From positions 1,024,001-1,088,000 of the forward strand of contig CAXXSR010000001.1 in NCBI GenBank assembly GCA_963662615.2: 64,000 bases of DNA. The letters are read 5' to 3'. Positions within the stretch are counted from its first letter, which is position 1. Every line of letters begins with the position of its first letter. The position numbers and the translations under genes are program-made. The stretch comes from Dehalococcoidia bacterium. Lineage in GTDB: Bacteria; Chloroflexota; Dehalococcoidia; Bin125. The notes below the pieces were generated by a model, which saw only the letters and a program-made list of their open reading frames with translations, searched no databases and was not told the origin of the DNA. Shown one piece after another: positions 19,502 through 29,982 of the stretch.

Positions 19502-20956
19502 ATGACCGCCAAGACCGACGTCGTTCGCGATCTCGAAAAAGCGATCGGCGCCCAGGCGGTCGTCTGGGTGCCGGAGGACCTCCTGGTCTACGAATACGAC
19601 GCCACCATCGACCGGGGCAGCCCGCAGGCCATCGCCTTCCCCACGACCACGGAGGAAGTGGTGGAGATCCTTCACATCGCCCGCCGCCACGGCCTGCCCG
19701 TGACTCCTCGTGGCGCCGGCACAGGGCTCAGTGGCGGGGCGCTTGCGGTCAAGGGAGGCGTCGTCATCGGCTTGAACCGGATGCGCCACATTCTCGAGAT
19801 GGACGCGGACAATCGCACCGCGCTGGTCCAGCCGGGCGTCGTCAACCTGGATCTCGGCGTCGCCGCCGCGCCCTACGGCCTCGCCTACGCGCCCGACCCC
19901 AGCAGCCAGCGCGCCTGCACCATTGGCGGCAACGTGGCCGAAAACTCCGGCGGGCCCCACACCCTCGCCCACGGCACCACCAGCAACCACGTCCTGGGAC
20001 TGGAGCTGGTCACCGCCGACGGCTCGATCCACTGGCTGGGCGGCCCCACCCGCGAGGCTCCCGGGTACGACCTGGTCGGCTGCGTCGTCGGCAGCGAGGG
20101 CACCGTCGGCATCGTCACCAAGGTCCTCGTCCGGCTCATCCCGCAGCCGGCGTCCGTCAGGACCTTCCTTGGCATCTACGACTCCGTCCGCCAGGCCAGC
20201 AGGGCGGTCGGCGCCGTCGTCAAGGCGGGCATCGTTCCGGCCGCGCTGGAGATGATCGACAAGATGACCATCGCCGCCGTGGAGCCGGTCCTCCACAGCG
20301 GCTTTCCCCTCGATGCGGAGGCGGTGCTCATTGTCGAGGTCGACGGTTCGGAGCCACAGGTCGAGGCGGAGAGCGCCATCGTCGAGCGCATCCTCCAGGA
20401 GTTCGAGCCGCGCGAGATCCGCACCGCCACCGAGCTTGGCGCCCGGGAGAAGCTCTGGGCCGGCCGCAAGGGCGCCATCGGTGCGCTGGGCCAGATTCTG
20501 CCCAACTACTACCTCCTCGACGGCGTCGTCCCGCGCACGCGCCTGCCCGATGTGTTGGACGAGGTCTACCGCATCGCCGAGCGCTACGACATGCCGGTCG
20601 CCAACATGTTCCACGCCGGCGACGGCAACCTGCACCCCTGCCTGCTCTTCGACGAGCGCATCCCCGGCACCACGGAGCGTGTCCTGGACGCGGGCGGAGA
20701 GATCATGCGCGTCTGCGTGGACGCCGGCGGCGCCATCACCGGCGAACACGGGATCGGCTATGAGAAGCGATCCTACTTGCGCTGGATCTTCAACGACGAC
20801 GACATCGCCGCCATGCGCGACATGCGCGACGCCTTCGGCGCCGACGATGACTTCAATCCTTGCAAGATCTTCCCTACCGGCCACGGCTGCGGCGAGGCGC
20901 ACGGCAGCAACGCGCAGAAGCAGATCGCCAAGTTTGGCAAGGATGCCTATGTCTAG
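19502..20956 (+). CDS. glcD: Glycolate oxidase FAD-linked subunit GlcD
   Basis: PRGAGTGLSGGA, PDPSSQ, TIGGNVAENSGG, FHAGDGNLHP, ITGEHGIG. Confidence 0.9.
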   Translation: MTAKTDVVRDLEKAIGAQAVVWVPEDLLVYEYDATIDRGSPQAIAFPTTTEEVVEILHIARRHGLPVTPRGAGTGLSGGALAVKGGVVIGLNRMRHILEMDADNRTALVQPGVVNLDLGVAAAPYGLAYAPDPSSQRACTIGGNVAENSGGPHTLAHGTTSNHVLGLELVTADGSIHWLGGPTREAPGYDLVGCVVGSEGTVGIVTKVLVRLIPQPASVRTFLGIYDSVRQASRAVGAVVKAGIVPAALEMIDKMTIAAVEPVLHSGFPLDAEAVLIVEVDGSEPQVEAESAIVERILQEFEPREIRTATELGAREKLWAGRKGAIGALGQILPNYYLLDGVVPRTRLPDVLDEVYRIAERYDMPVANMFHAGDGNLHPCLLFDERIPGTTERVLDAGGEIMRVCVDAGGAITGEHGIGYEKRSYLRWIFNDDDIAAMRDMRDAFGADDDFNPCKIFPTGHGCGEAHGSNAQKQIAKFGKDAYV

Positions 20957-20985
20957 CCGCGGCGCCCCAGTGATGGGGACGCTCG

Positions 20986-22368
20986 GTGCCTGACTCGGCC
21001 CCGAGCCCCTCCACCGCGTCCCCCGGCGCCCTGCCGCGTCCCCCGCGCCCCATCGACGCCGCGCCGTTTATCGCCGCCGCCGGGGCCGCCGCCGTCGACG
21101 CGCCCGGCACCGCGGCCGACACCGCGGCCTTCGCCATCGACGGCGTCGCGCCCGCCCTGGCCGTCCGCCCCCCCGATGTCGATACGCTCGCCGCCACCCT
21201 CCGCACGGCGACGGAGCAACGCCTTGCGGTCGTCATCCAAGGTGGACGCACCGCCGTCGGCATCGGCAATCCCCCCACGCGCTACGACGTTGCACTCGAC
21301 ACGCGCTCCCTCGACGCCGTCGTCGCCTACGAGCCCGACGACTTCACCGTGACCGTGCAAGCGGGCATGGTCTTCGCCGACCTTCAGCGCACTCTGGCGG
21401 AGCGGGGACAGTTCCTCCCCCTGGACCCGCCGCACCCCGCCGGGGCGACCGTGGGCGGCGTGATCGCGCTGGGCCGCGGCGGCGTCCGCCAGGGCGCCTT
21501 TGGCACCGTCCGCGACTGGCTCATCGGCTGCGCCCTGGTCCGCGCCGACGGCGTTCGTCTCAAGGGCGGCGGGCGCGTGGTCAAGAACGTGAGCGGCTAC
21601 GACTTCCCCAAGCTCTTCGCGGGCTCCTTCGGCACCCTCGGCTGCATCGTTGAAGCGACGTTCAAGCTGCGCCCCCAGCCGCCCGTCGACGAGACGCTCG
21701 TGCTCGCCGCTGCCGACTGGGACACCGCCCTGGCCGCGGCCCGGCGCCTCGCCCACGAGGTCAACGGCCTCCAGGGCGCCGTCGCCCTCGACGCGGCCAC
21801 GGCGCGCCTCGTGGGCCTGCCCGGCCCTTCCACGATCGTGCGCACGGCGGGCATGGAGCCGGCGGTCGCGGCGACGCTCGACGCGGTCCGCGGCAACACG
21901 GCTGACAACGCTGCCGGCGACACGGCTGACAAAGCGGCCGGCCATGTGACGGTCGAGGCGACCGCGGACGCTCCCGCGCTCTGGCAACGGATCGCCGACC
22001 TGGAGGGAGGGCCGCAGGCGGACGGCGGCGTGCTGCTGCGCTGTGGCGTCCCGTCGCGACCGCTGCCGGAGGCGGCCGCCACCATCGCCGCCGCTGCCCC
22101 GGGCGCTCGGCTCTGGAGCTACGCCGATGGCGCGCTGCTGTTCGCCGAGCTGCCACCCGCCGCCGCCGACGCGCCGCGCATCGTCCGCCTTCGTGAGCAG
22201 ATCGAGGCGCTGGGCGGCGCCCTCACCGTCGACGTCGCAGCGCCCGCTCTGAAAGCGTCCCTGGACGTCTGGGGCGCGCCGGGCGGGGTTGTGATCATGC
22301 GCGGCCTCAAAGAGCGCTTCGACCCGGAGGCGACCCTGAGCCCGGGGCGCTTCGTGGCGGAGATCTGA
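20986..22368 (+). CDS. glcE: Glycolate oxidase FAD-binding subunit GlcE
   Basis: YEPDDFTVTVQAG, LPLDPP, GGRVVKNVSGYD, LKERFDP...PGRF. Confidence 0.88.
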   Translation: MPDSAPSPSTASPGALPRPPRPIDAAPFIAAAGAAAVDAPGTAADTAAFAIDGVAPALAVRPPDVDTLAATLRTATEQRLAVVIQGGRTAVGIGNPPTRYDVALDTRSLDAVVAYEPDDFTVTVQAGMVFADLQRTLAERGQFLPLDPPHPAGATVGGVIALGRGGVRQGAFGTVRDWLIGCALVRADGVRLKGGGRVVKNVSGYDFPKLFAGSFGTLGCIVEATFKLRPQPPVDETLVLAAADWDTALAAARRLAHEVNGLQGAVALDAATARLVGLPGPSTIVRTAGMEPAVAATLDAVRGNTADNAAGDTADKAAGHVTVEATADAPALWQRIADLEGGPQADGGVLLRCGVPSRPLPEAAATIAAAAPGARLWSYADGALLFAELPPAAADAPRIVRLREQIEALGGALTVDVAAPALKASLDVWGAPGGVVIMRGLKERFDPEATLSPGRFVAEI

Positions 22369-22371
22369 CGC

Positions 22372-23736
22372 ATGAGTGTGCAGAGCCCTGAGGCCATCAG
22401 CCGTTTTCTCGGCGCCGACAAGCCCGACAGTGCCGAGCTGGGCCTCTGCGTCCACTGCGGCATGTGCCTAAACGCCTGCCCCACCTACCTCGTCCTGGGC
22501 GTGGAGACCGACTCGCCCCGGGGACGGCTCCAGCTCATGCGCGCCGCCGACGAGGGCCGCGTCGATCTGACGCCGCGGGTCCTCGCCCACTTCGACCAGT
22601 GCCTGCAGTGCCGCGCCTGCGAGACTGCCTGCCCCTCCGGCGTTCCCTACGGCCGGATCATGGAGGGCGCCCGCGCCGACATCTTCCAGCAGAAAGGGCA
22701 AGGCCGGCGGGCGCGCCTGCTCTGGAACGTCATCATGCGCGGCATCTTCCCCCACCCCCGCCGCCTGCGACTGCTGGGGCTCTCCTTGCGCGCCTACCAG
22801 CGCTTGGGCCTGCAGTGGCTGGTCCGTCGTAGCGGCCTGCTCCGCCTTCTCCCCTCCCGTCTCGCCGAGATTGAAGCGCTCACGCCAGACGCCACCAACC
22901 CCTTCTTTCTGCCCCGCGACGTGGAGCGCTACGCCCCGGCGGCAGAGCCCACGGCCCGCGCGGCCATGCTAACGGGCTGCGTCATGCCGCTGATCTTCGG
23001 CGCCACGCATCACGCCACCGCGCGGGTGCTCAGCCGCAACGGTGTGCGCGCGCTGGCCACGCCCGATCAGATCTGCTGCGGCGCCCTGCACGCCCACAGC
23101 GGCGACCTCCGCACCGCCCGCGAGCTGGCACGGAAGAACGTCGATGTCTTCCTCGCCGACGATCCCGACGCCATCGTCGTCAATTCGGCGGGCTGCGGCT
23201 CCCACATGAAGGAGTACGCGCACCTGCTCCGGGACGACGACGCCTACGCGGACAAGGGCAAGCGCTTCGCCGCGCTGGTGCGCGACGTCCATGAGTACCT
23301 CGTGGAGATCGGCATCGACGCGCCCGCCGGCGTGCTGGATCGCGCCGTGACCTACCAGGACTCCTGTCACCTCGTCCACGCGCAGAAGGTCACGGACGCG
23401 CCCCGCACGGTGCTGCGCGCCATCCCCGGCCTGGAACTGCGCGAGATGCTCCACCCGGATCGCTGCTGCGGCAGCGCCGGCATCTACTCCGTCGTCCAGT
23501 CCAAGCTGTCGCGCGCGATCCTCAAGGAGAAGATGGACGAGATCAACGCCACCGGCGCCGAACAGGTCTGCACCGCCAACCCTGGCTGCATGGTCCAGCT
23601 CGACAACGGCCTGCGCCTCTTCGGCAAGGGTGGCCGCTCCGTCCACGTCGTCGACCTGCTCGACGAGAGCTACCGCCTCGCCGAGGGCGACGCCTACGCG
23701 GACCGTCCTGTGAGTCACGTTCCGTTCGCGGAATGA
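22372..23736 (+). CDS. glcF: Glycolate oxidase Fe-S subunit GlcF
   Basis: CVHCGMCLNACPTY, CLQCRACETACPSGV, two CCG domains. Confidence 0.9.
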   Translation: MSVQSPEAISRFLGADKPDSAELGLCVHCGMCLNACPTYLVLGVETDSPRGRLQLMRAADEGRVDLTPRVLAHFDQCLQCRACETACPSGVPYGRIMEGARADIFQQKGQGRRARLLWNVIMRGIFPHPRRLRLLGLSLRAYQRLGLQWLVRRSGLLRLLPSRLAEIEALTPDATNPFFLPRDVERYAPAAEPTARAAMLTGCVMPLIFGATHHATARVLSRNGVRALATPDQICCGALHAHSGDLRTARELARKNVDVFLADDPDAIVVNSAGCGSHMKEYAHLLRDDDAYADKGKRFAALVRDVHEYLVEIGIDAPAGVLDRAVTYQDSCHLVHAQKVTDAPRTVLRAIPGLELREMLHPDRCCGSAGIYSVVQSKLSRAILKEKMDEINATGAEQVCTANPGCMVQLDNGLRLFGKGGRSVHVVDLLDESYRLAEGDAYADRPVSHVPFAE

Positions 23737-23804
23737 CCAGCCGGTCTGAAATGTCGAATAGGCGCTTGACGAGCGCGATCGAATTCACAATCCCTTCGTG
23801 ACAG

Positions 23805-25031
23805 GTGGCGGTGTTGGAGATTCCCGTCGAGCTAACCGCAGAAAAGGGCTCAGAATTCCTCGAATACCTTCGGGCCTCACTTGAAGCTGCTGGCCGCATC
23901 ACCGGTTCAGAGGGCGGCTATGAAGAAGACGGTCGTTTCATAACCAGCTTAAAAATAGTGACGGAGCCGGAGCCTCAACGTGAGATTCCAGTCCGATGGA
24001 CCGTGACCCAAAACACTGACGGATCATTGGATCCGATCGTTGTCGATGGACCTAGTGAATTGGATGCCCGCCTCTGGGAATCTGTTGCCACAGATATCGT
24101 CAGGCGAGCACTCAACGCCGCCCGCAACGAGCAGCGCGGACTCTTTTTCCGACGGCACCCTTTCGCTTACTTTGGCCTCCCTCTCGACGGCGAATATTGG
24201 ATCTCTGACTGGCGATTCGCGCCTGTCTTCCCGAACGAGGAAACCGGTGGCTTGCTGCACCAGCCCGAGCGGGTCGTGTATTTGGACCACAACGTAGCGG
24301 CCATTGACGATCAACACGCCTCTTCGATAGCGGCAGCGCGTGCGAGTCGCTTCGCCTCTGTGCTCTCGGTCATTTTGGACATCGGCCTTGAGTCGCCTCA
24401 GCTCGAGACGCGCTGGGTTATGCTCGACCGCGATCACTCCGAGAAAAAGTCCCTGGGATTTCTTGATCCGCGACGACACGGCACTAGGATGCCCGAGCAG
24501 GGCGAGGCGTGCAGCCTCGGAGTCTATGAGACGGTTGATCGCGACAATCTCCAGACCCTGGATTGGGATATAACCACCACGACGCTGAAGATGCCGTCGG
24601 ATGCTTCCGAGCTGATCCACGGCCTGAACTCGTTGCCCCCAGATGACCAGGAGGCCTTCTATGGTGCGTCTGGCTTGTACCGGATCAGCTTGACTGCAGG
24701 TCGGAAATATCTGAGCGTTCGTATGGCGTATCAGGTGGCCGCAGTCGATGCCCTCGTTAGCGGCTACAGCACCACAGAGAAGTTCATCGATCTTGTTGGA
24801 GCTTACTGCTCCGAAGCTCCGCACGAATTGTCACGACGACTATACGGCTACGTTCGCTCACGCCACCTCCATGATGGAATATTTCCAGGCGGCGAGTACG
24901 ATCCCCAGACCATCAGATCCGTCTTCGATCACGCTCACATCGAACGATTCGACCTGCGGAGACAGGCTTACGTCGTTGCCCGTACGGTGCTTATCCGCTG
25001 GCTACGGCACAAGAGCGGGCTCACCTCATGA
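23805..25031 (+). CDS. Foreign-composition protein with a C-terminal HEPN-like (Rx4H) domain
   Basis: Visibly more AT-rich codons than its neighbours; YQVAAVDAL...LYGYVRSRHLHDG resembles the HEPN helical core. Confidence 0.6.
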   Translation: MAVLEIPVELTAEKGSEFLEYLRASLEAAGRITGSEGGYEEDGRFITSLKIVTEPEPQREIPVRWTVTQNTDGSLDPIVVDGPSELDARLWESVATDIVRRALNAARNEQRGLFFRRHPFAYFGLPLDGEYWISDWRFAPVFPNEETGGLLHQPERVVYLDHNVAAIDDQHASSIAAARASRFASVLSVILDIGLESPQLETRWVMLDRDHSEKKSLGFLDPRRHGTRMPEQGEACSLGVYETVDRDNLQTLDWDITTTTLKMPSDASELIHGLNSLPPDDQEAFYGASGLYRISLTAGRKYLSVRMAYQVAAVDALVSGYSTTEKFIDLVGAYCSEAPHELSRRLYGYVRSRHLHDGIFPGGEYDPQTIRSVFDHAHIERFDLRRQAYVVARTVLIRWLRHKSGLTS

Positions 25032-25100
25032 GGTGAGCAATTTCCGTTATTCTCACCCGGCACCGATCCGTCCGACCAACAGAACCGAAAGGACCCCACT

Positions 25101-25427
25101 GTGATCTACGAACTCCGCGTCTACTATGCCGAAACCGAGAAGCTGCCCGCCCTCTTGGACCGCTTCCGCAACCACACCTGCAAGCTGTTCGAGAAGCACG
25201 GCATCAAGAACGTGGGCTATTGGACCAACGCCATGGGCGGTGGCAGCAACGAACTCCGCTACCTGCTGGCCTACGAGGACATGAACCAGCGCGAGGCCGC
25301 TTGGGCCGCCTTCGCGGCCGACCCCGAATGGCAGAAGGCCCGCGCCGAATCCCACAAGGACGGGCCGCTGGTCCACCATTTCGAGAACCGCTTCCTGCGG
25401 CCCACGGACTTCTCCCCGCTCCAATAA
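25101..25427 (+). CDS. NIPSNAP family protein
   Basis: MIYELRVY...LLDRF...FEKHGI...LRPTDFSP. Confidence 0.92.
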   Translation: MIYELRVYYAETEKLPALLDRFRNHTCKLFEKHGIKNVGYWTNAMGGGSNELRYLLAYEDMNQREAAWAAFAADPEWQKARAESHKDGPLVHHFENRFLRPTDFSPLQ

Positions 25428-25445
25428 CGGTCCGCGGAGCACACG

Positions 25446-26438
25446 ATGGCAGGTCCGCTCCCCGTCCTGGTCCAGGGGCTTGGACCCATGGGCCTCAAGA
25501 TCCTGCACGCCGCCCAGGCCGACCCCGACTTCGACGTGGTCGCTGCGGTGGACGTCGCCGAACCCCTCGCCGGCCGCGATCTCGTGGACGTTGCGCCCGG
25601 CGCCCCGCCCGGCATCACGATCCAGCCCACGCTCCAGCAAGCCCGCAACGCCGCCGCTGCCACGGCGGACCTCCGCGACGCCATCGTCCTGCACGCCACC
25701 GGCTCCTATCTCAAGGCCGTCGCCCCGCAGCTGGAGGACGCCCTGCAACTCGGCCTCCACGTGGTCTCCACCTGCGAGGAGCTTTCGTACCCCTTTGTGC
25801 GCCACCCCAATCGCAGCCGCGAGCTTGAGGGCCTGGCCCGCGCGGCGGGGCGCACGATCGTCGGGACCGGTGTCAACCCCGGCTTCGTCATGGACCAGCT
25901 TGTGGTGACCTTGCGGGCCGCCAGCCACGCCATCCGCGCCGTCACGGTGCGGCGCGTGCAGGACCCGCGGCCGCGTCGTCTCCCCTTCCAGCGGAAGGTG
26001 GGCCTGGGCCTGTCCCGTCACGACTACGACACGCTCGCCGCCTCGGGAAAGTTCGGCCACGTCGGCCTGGAGGAGAGCGGGTGGCTGGTCGCGGCGGGCC
26101 TCGGCTGGGACATCGACGGCTGGACGACCACGCTGGAGCCCGTCCAGCCCGATCCGCAGGGCCCGGTGCTGGGCACCCTCCAGCGGTTGCAAGGCGCGAC
26201 AGCCGACGGCCGCACCGTTCTCCTCCACTTTGAGGCCCACTCCGGCGTGGAGGCGAGCTTCGACGAAATCGAGATCGACGGCACTCCACCCCTGAAGCTG
26301 CGCTTCGTGGGCGGCGTCTTCGGTGACGACGCCACCGCCGCCGCCGTGCTTCGCGCCGCCCGCGTCATCCCCAGCGCCGCCCGCGGCCTCCTCACCGTCC
26401 TCGACCTGCCCCTGCGGGCGCGGCCGCACAGCGAATAG
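25446..26438 (+). CDS. Dihydrodipicolinate reductase-like / 2,4-diaminopentanoate dehydrogenase-like oxidoreductase
   Basis: GLGPMG, VVSTCEEL, GTGVNPGFVMD, GGVFGDDAT. Confidence 0.8.
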   Translation: MAGPLPVLVQGLGPMGLKILHAAQADPDFDVVAAVDVAEPLAGRDLVDVAPGAPPGITIQPTLQQARNAAAATADLRDAIVLHATGSYLKAVAPQLEDALQLGLHVVSTCEELSYPFVRHPNRSRELEGLARAAGRTIVGTGVNPGFVMDQLVVTLRAASHAIRAVTVRRVQDPRPRRLPFQRKVGLGLSRHDYDTLAASGKFGHVGLEESGWLVAAGLGWDIDGWTTTLEPVQPDPQGPVLGTLQRLQGATADGRTVLLHFEAHSGVEASFDEIEIDGTPPLKLRFVGGVFGDDATAAAVLRAARVIPSAARGLLTVLDLPLRARPHSE

Positions 26439-26578
26439 TGCCCCGTGGTCGCGCACGGCCGCTGCGTCGATCTTGTCTTGTGGGCCCGGCCGGGCGTCGC
26501 ACCGCAGCCTGACGCCGGCGAGCCGTCGTTCTGAGGACGCACTGACGTAGATCGAGGGCGAGGGCGGGGGCGGGTGGA

Positions 26579-27286
26579 TTACGGGGTGCAGCGCGGTCCG
26601 TCTGCGACGGTCCACGTCGCGCAGGACGGTATCGCGGGGGCTCGCTCCGCGGCCGGTCCGACCACGGCAGCAGCGGGCGGCGACCCCGCGGGAGTCTCAG
26701 CGCCCTTCTCGAAGTACACCGTGAACGTGTTCTGGGTGAACTGCCCGGTCCTGTCCGTAGCCGTCACCGTGATCCGGTTCGCGCCCTCTTGCAGGGCCAG
26801 ACCCAGCGTCCAGCGACCGTCCACCGCGACGTCCGCCTCCTGCGCGCCCACGGCCACGAACGTGCCCGGCTCCGTGGCGCCCACCAGCACCACCCAGGGC
26901 TGCGTCACGAGGCTACCGGGACGGGGGATGTTGACCTCGAGGGTGGGCGCCGGCGACACCGTCCTCGCGACCACGATGGCCTCGGAGGCCACTTCCGCGG
27001 GCGGCTGTGCGGCCGGCTGTACGGCCGGCGCCTCGTCGACGGCGGCTGCAACCGCCACGCCCCCATCCGCCTCCCCGGCGTCGCTGCCACCCAGAAGCGC
27101 AAGCGCAACGGCGACGACACCCACCGCGAACGCCACAAGCGCCGCAACGGCGAGAACACGCCGGCTCGGGCGCTTATTCCAGATGCGGCGGTCGGTTTCG
27201 CTCTCGGCAGCACCAGACTCGGCGACGTGAACGCCCGTCATCGGATCCCAGCCAAGCTCTTCTTGCACCTGCTCCAGGTTGCTCAT
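26579..27286 (-). CDS. Membrane-anchored protein with a bacterial Ig-like domain
   Basis: One TM then GATEPG...VDGRW...LQEGANRITVTATD. Confidence 0.65.
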   Translation of the reverse strand: MSNLEQVQEELGWDPMTGVHVAESGAAESETDRRIWNKRPSRRVLAVAALVAFAVGVVAVALALLGGSDAGEADGGVAVAAAVDEAPAVQPAAQPPAEVASEAIVVARTVSPAPTLEVNIPRPGSLVTQPWVVLVGATEPGTFVAVGAQEADVAVDGRWTLGLALQEGANRITVTATDRTGQFTQNTFTVYFEKGAETPAGSPPAAAVVGPAAERAPAIPSCATWTVADGPRCTP

Positions 27287-27358
27287 CGCATCTCATAGAC
27301 GCAGATGGCGTGCAACCGTTACGGGCCTTGGGCCCCTGTCCCGGCGCGCGAGAGCGCA

Positions 27359-28153
27359 TCACGCGTCAAATCGCGGCGCCCGCTTCTCCAGGAACGCCGC
27401 CACCCCCTCGCGATGCTCGGGGTGCGCCATCTGCTCCGACTGTCGCTCCGCCTCGAAGTCCAGCAGCTCTTGCAGCCCCATCCCCAACCCCCGGTACACG
27501 GTCTCCTTGATCAGCGCCTGCGCCCTCGGCGGCCCCTGCGCCAGCCGCGTCGCCAGCGCGTAGGTCTCGTCGTGCAGGTTCGCGGCAGGCACCACCCGAT
27601 TCACCATGCCGATTCGCAGCGCCTCCTCCGCGTCGATCAAGTCGCCGCTCAGGAACAGCTCCAGCGCTCTGCCCACCCCCACCAGCCGTGGCAGCAGCCA
27701 GGCTCCGCCCATGTCGTCGCCCAGGCCCACCCGCACGAAGGCCAGCCCGAACCGCGCCCCCACCGCCGCAATGCGCATATCGCAGGCCAGGGCCAGGTTG
27801 CAGCCGGCCCCGGCGGCAACGCCGTTCACCATCGCGATGGTCGGCTTCGGCATCGTCTGCAAGCGCATCGCCACTTGATGCAACGCCTGGAAACGGGCCC
27901 GCCGCTCCGCCTCCGGCAGATCCCACCCACCCCCCGGCCCCATGCCGGAGACGTCGCCGCCCGCGGAAAAGGCGCGGCCGGCGCCGGTCAGCACCAGCAC
28001 CCGCACGGCGCCGTCAGTCGCCACCTGCGCGGTCGCCTCCCGCAGCTCGTCCTCCAGTTGGCGGCTTAAGGCGTTCAGCTTCTCCGGCCGCTTGAGTGTG
28101 ATCGTGCCGACGCCATCCGCCGTCGTCGTCAGGGACAGGCATTCGAACGTCAT
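27359..28153 (-). CDS. Enoyl-CoA hydratase/isomerase
   Basis: RPEKLNAL, LTGAGRAFSAGGD, KPTIAMVNGVAAGAG, AFLEKRAPRF. Confidence 0.92.
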   Translation of the reverse strand: MTFECLSLTTTADGVGTITLKRPEKLNALSRQLEDELREATAQVATDGAVRVLVLTGAGRAFSAGGDVSGMGPGGGWDLPEAERRARFQALHQVAMRLQTMPKPTIAMVNGVAAGAGCNLALACDMRIAAVGARFGLAFVRVGLGDDMGGAWLLPRLVGVGRALELFLSGDLIDAEEALRIGMVNRVVPAANLHDETYALATRLAQGPPRAQALIKETVYRGLGMGLQELLDFEAERQSEQMAHPEHREGVAAFLEKRAPRFDA

Positions 28154-28359
28154 CCGGGTGCTCCTTTCGCATCGACGATCCGCTTCACAGATCGCTGCGG
28201 CGGAGCCTAGCAAAGGCCTGCCCCCACGACGGCCCCCGGCAGCGGACCGCCCTTCCCGCCTGATAGAGCCCCGTCCCACCGCCCTGTATGATGGGCCCGC
28301 GTCGACGGCGCACCGCAGCAAAGGCCGCAGCGCGCGCGTGGACCTTCAGGAGCGGAGCG

Positions 28360-28893
28360 ATGGCGGACAACACGGCGGACAACAAGGCCGACAACACGTT
28401 CGAAAGTCGCGAGTTTCGAGATGCCTGCGGCCTCTTCGCGACGGGGGTCACAGTGCTCACGTCCGGCAAGGCGCCCAGCTTTCACGGCATGAGCGCCAAC
28501 GCCTTCTCCTCCCTGTCGCTGGACCCGCCCCTGGTGCTCGTCTGCATTGACAAGAAGACGCACATGTTGGAAGTGCTGCAAGAGACCGGCGCTTTCACCG
28601 TCAATGTTCTCAGCCGGGAGCAGGAAAAGCTCTGCCGCTACTTCGCCAGCAGCGACCGCACCTACGGTCCCGAGGAGTTCGCCGATGTCCGCTACAGCAT
28701 CGGCGCCACCGGCACGCCCCGCCTCGACGGCGCCATCTGCGTGCTGGACTGCACCGTGCACGACGTCGCCCGCGGCGGTGACCACGACATCTATATCGGC
28801 GAGGTGCAGGCGCTTGAGTGCCTCAATGAGGGCGAGCCGCTGCTCTTCTATAGCGGCCACTACCGCTCCGTCGCCCCGGCCAAGGAGTCGTAG
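28360..28893 (+). CDS. Flavin reductase family protein
   Basis: FRDACGLFATGVTV, SLSLDPPLVL, GGDHDIYIGEV, PLLFY. Confidence 0.92.
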   Translation: MADNTADNKADNTFESREFRDACGLFATGVTVLTSGKAPSFHGMSANAFSSLSLDPPLVLVCIDKKTHMLEVLQETGAFTVNVLSREQEKLCRYFASSDRTYGPEEFADVRYSIGATGTPRLDGAICVLDCTVHDVARGGDHDIYIGEVQALECLNEGEPLLFYSGHYRSVAPAKES

Positions 28894-28960
28894 CGCTCCC
28901 AGCCCGGCCCCCAACGATCCGCTACCGCGCCCAGAGCCACCGCGCCTAGCCCAACCGCCT

Positions 28961-29764
28961 CTAGCGGTAGGGGACGCCCAGCGATCGCAGGTACGCCTCC
29001 TCCAGCGCGGCTGTCTGCACCGCCTCAACCAGCGCGCCCGCCGCCCGGCCCAGCACGAGCTGTGCCAGCGAGCGTCGAGGGCGAAGCGTCACCGTCTTCG
29101 CCGGGATTCCGGCCCGTTCCGCCGCCCAATCCACCGCGTCGTCCAGCGTCCCCACGTCGTCAATGAGGCCCACCTCCTTGGCCTGGCTGCCCAAGTAGAT
29201 CTCCCCCGTCGCCAGCTCGCGGATCCGTTCCTGGCTGAGACCGGGCCGCCCCGCCGCGACGATCTCCAGAAAGCGGGTGTAGATCGCATCTAGGAGCGCC
29301 TGCTCCTTGGCCCGCTCCTCCGGCGTGGCTTCCCGAAACGGCGAGCCCATGTCCTTGTAGAGGCCCGTCTTCGCCACCAGCATCTCCACGCCTATCTTGT
29401 GGAGCAGCGCCTCGACCATCGGCCGCGCCGACACCACCCCGATCGATCCCACCACCGCGCTGGGGAGCGCCACGATCCGCTCCGCCGCGCAGGCGACCAT
29501 GTAGCTCCCGGAAGCGCCGACCCCGCGGATCGCCGCGATGACGGGGCGACGCTCCGCCAGTCGACGGGCCGCCAGGTAGATGTCCTCCGATGCGAAGACG
29601 CTCCCGCCCGGCGAGTCGATGTCCAGCACCACCGCTCGGTAGCGCGAATTCTGCCCCACGCTCCGCAGCAGCTGGGTGGCATCGCGAGCCCGCAAGCGGG
29701 GGCCAATGATCCCGCTCAACTCCACGACCGCCACTCGGGGCGGTAGAAACTCGTTGACGTCCAT
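28961..29764 (-). CDS. sppA: Signal peptide peptidase SppA (S49)
   Basis: IDSPGGS, ASGSY, VGSIGV, YKDMGSPFR, GLIDDVG. Confidence 0.85.
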   Translation of the reverse strand: MDVNEFLPPRVAVVELSGIIGPRLRARDATQLLRSVGQNSRYRAVVLDIDSPGGSVFASEDIYLAARRLAERRPVIAAIRGVGASGSYMVACAAERIVALPSAVVGSIGVVSARPMVEALLHKIGVEMLVAKTGLYKDMGSPFREATPEERAKEQALLDAIYTRFLEIVAAGRPGLSQERIRELATGEIYLGSQAKEVGLIDDVGTLDDAVDWAAERAGIPAKTVTLRPRRSLAQLVLGRAAGALVEAVQTAALEEAYLRSLGVPYR

Positions 29765-29982
29765 GTTCGTCTCCTCCTTGCGACCGGCCCAATTCTCGCC
29801 CCTGCCGATCTCGCGGCGCAATCATGGAGGGTTCTGCTCGCCGGCGCTATGCCCTTCTATGCGCTCACATTTGACCGCGCCCGCCCACCCCGGCATGCTG
29901 ATGCTCGGGTCCCGCGTGGGCCTCGGCACAGGTTCGGACGAAGCGCGCCGCAGCGCCCGCACGGCAGTAGGGGAGGACCGGC

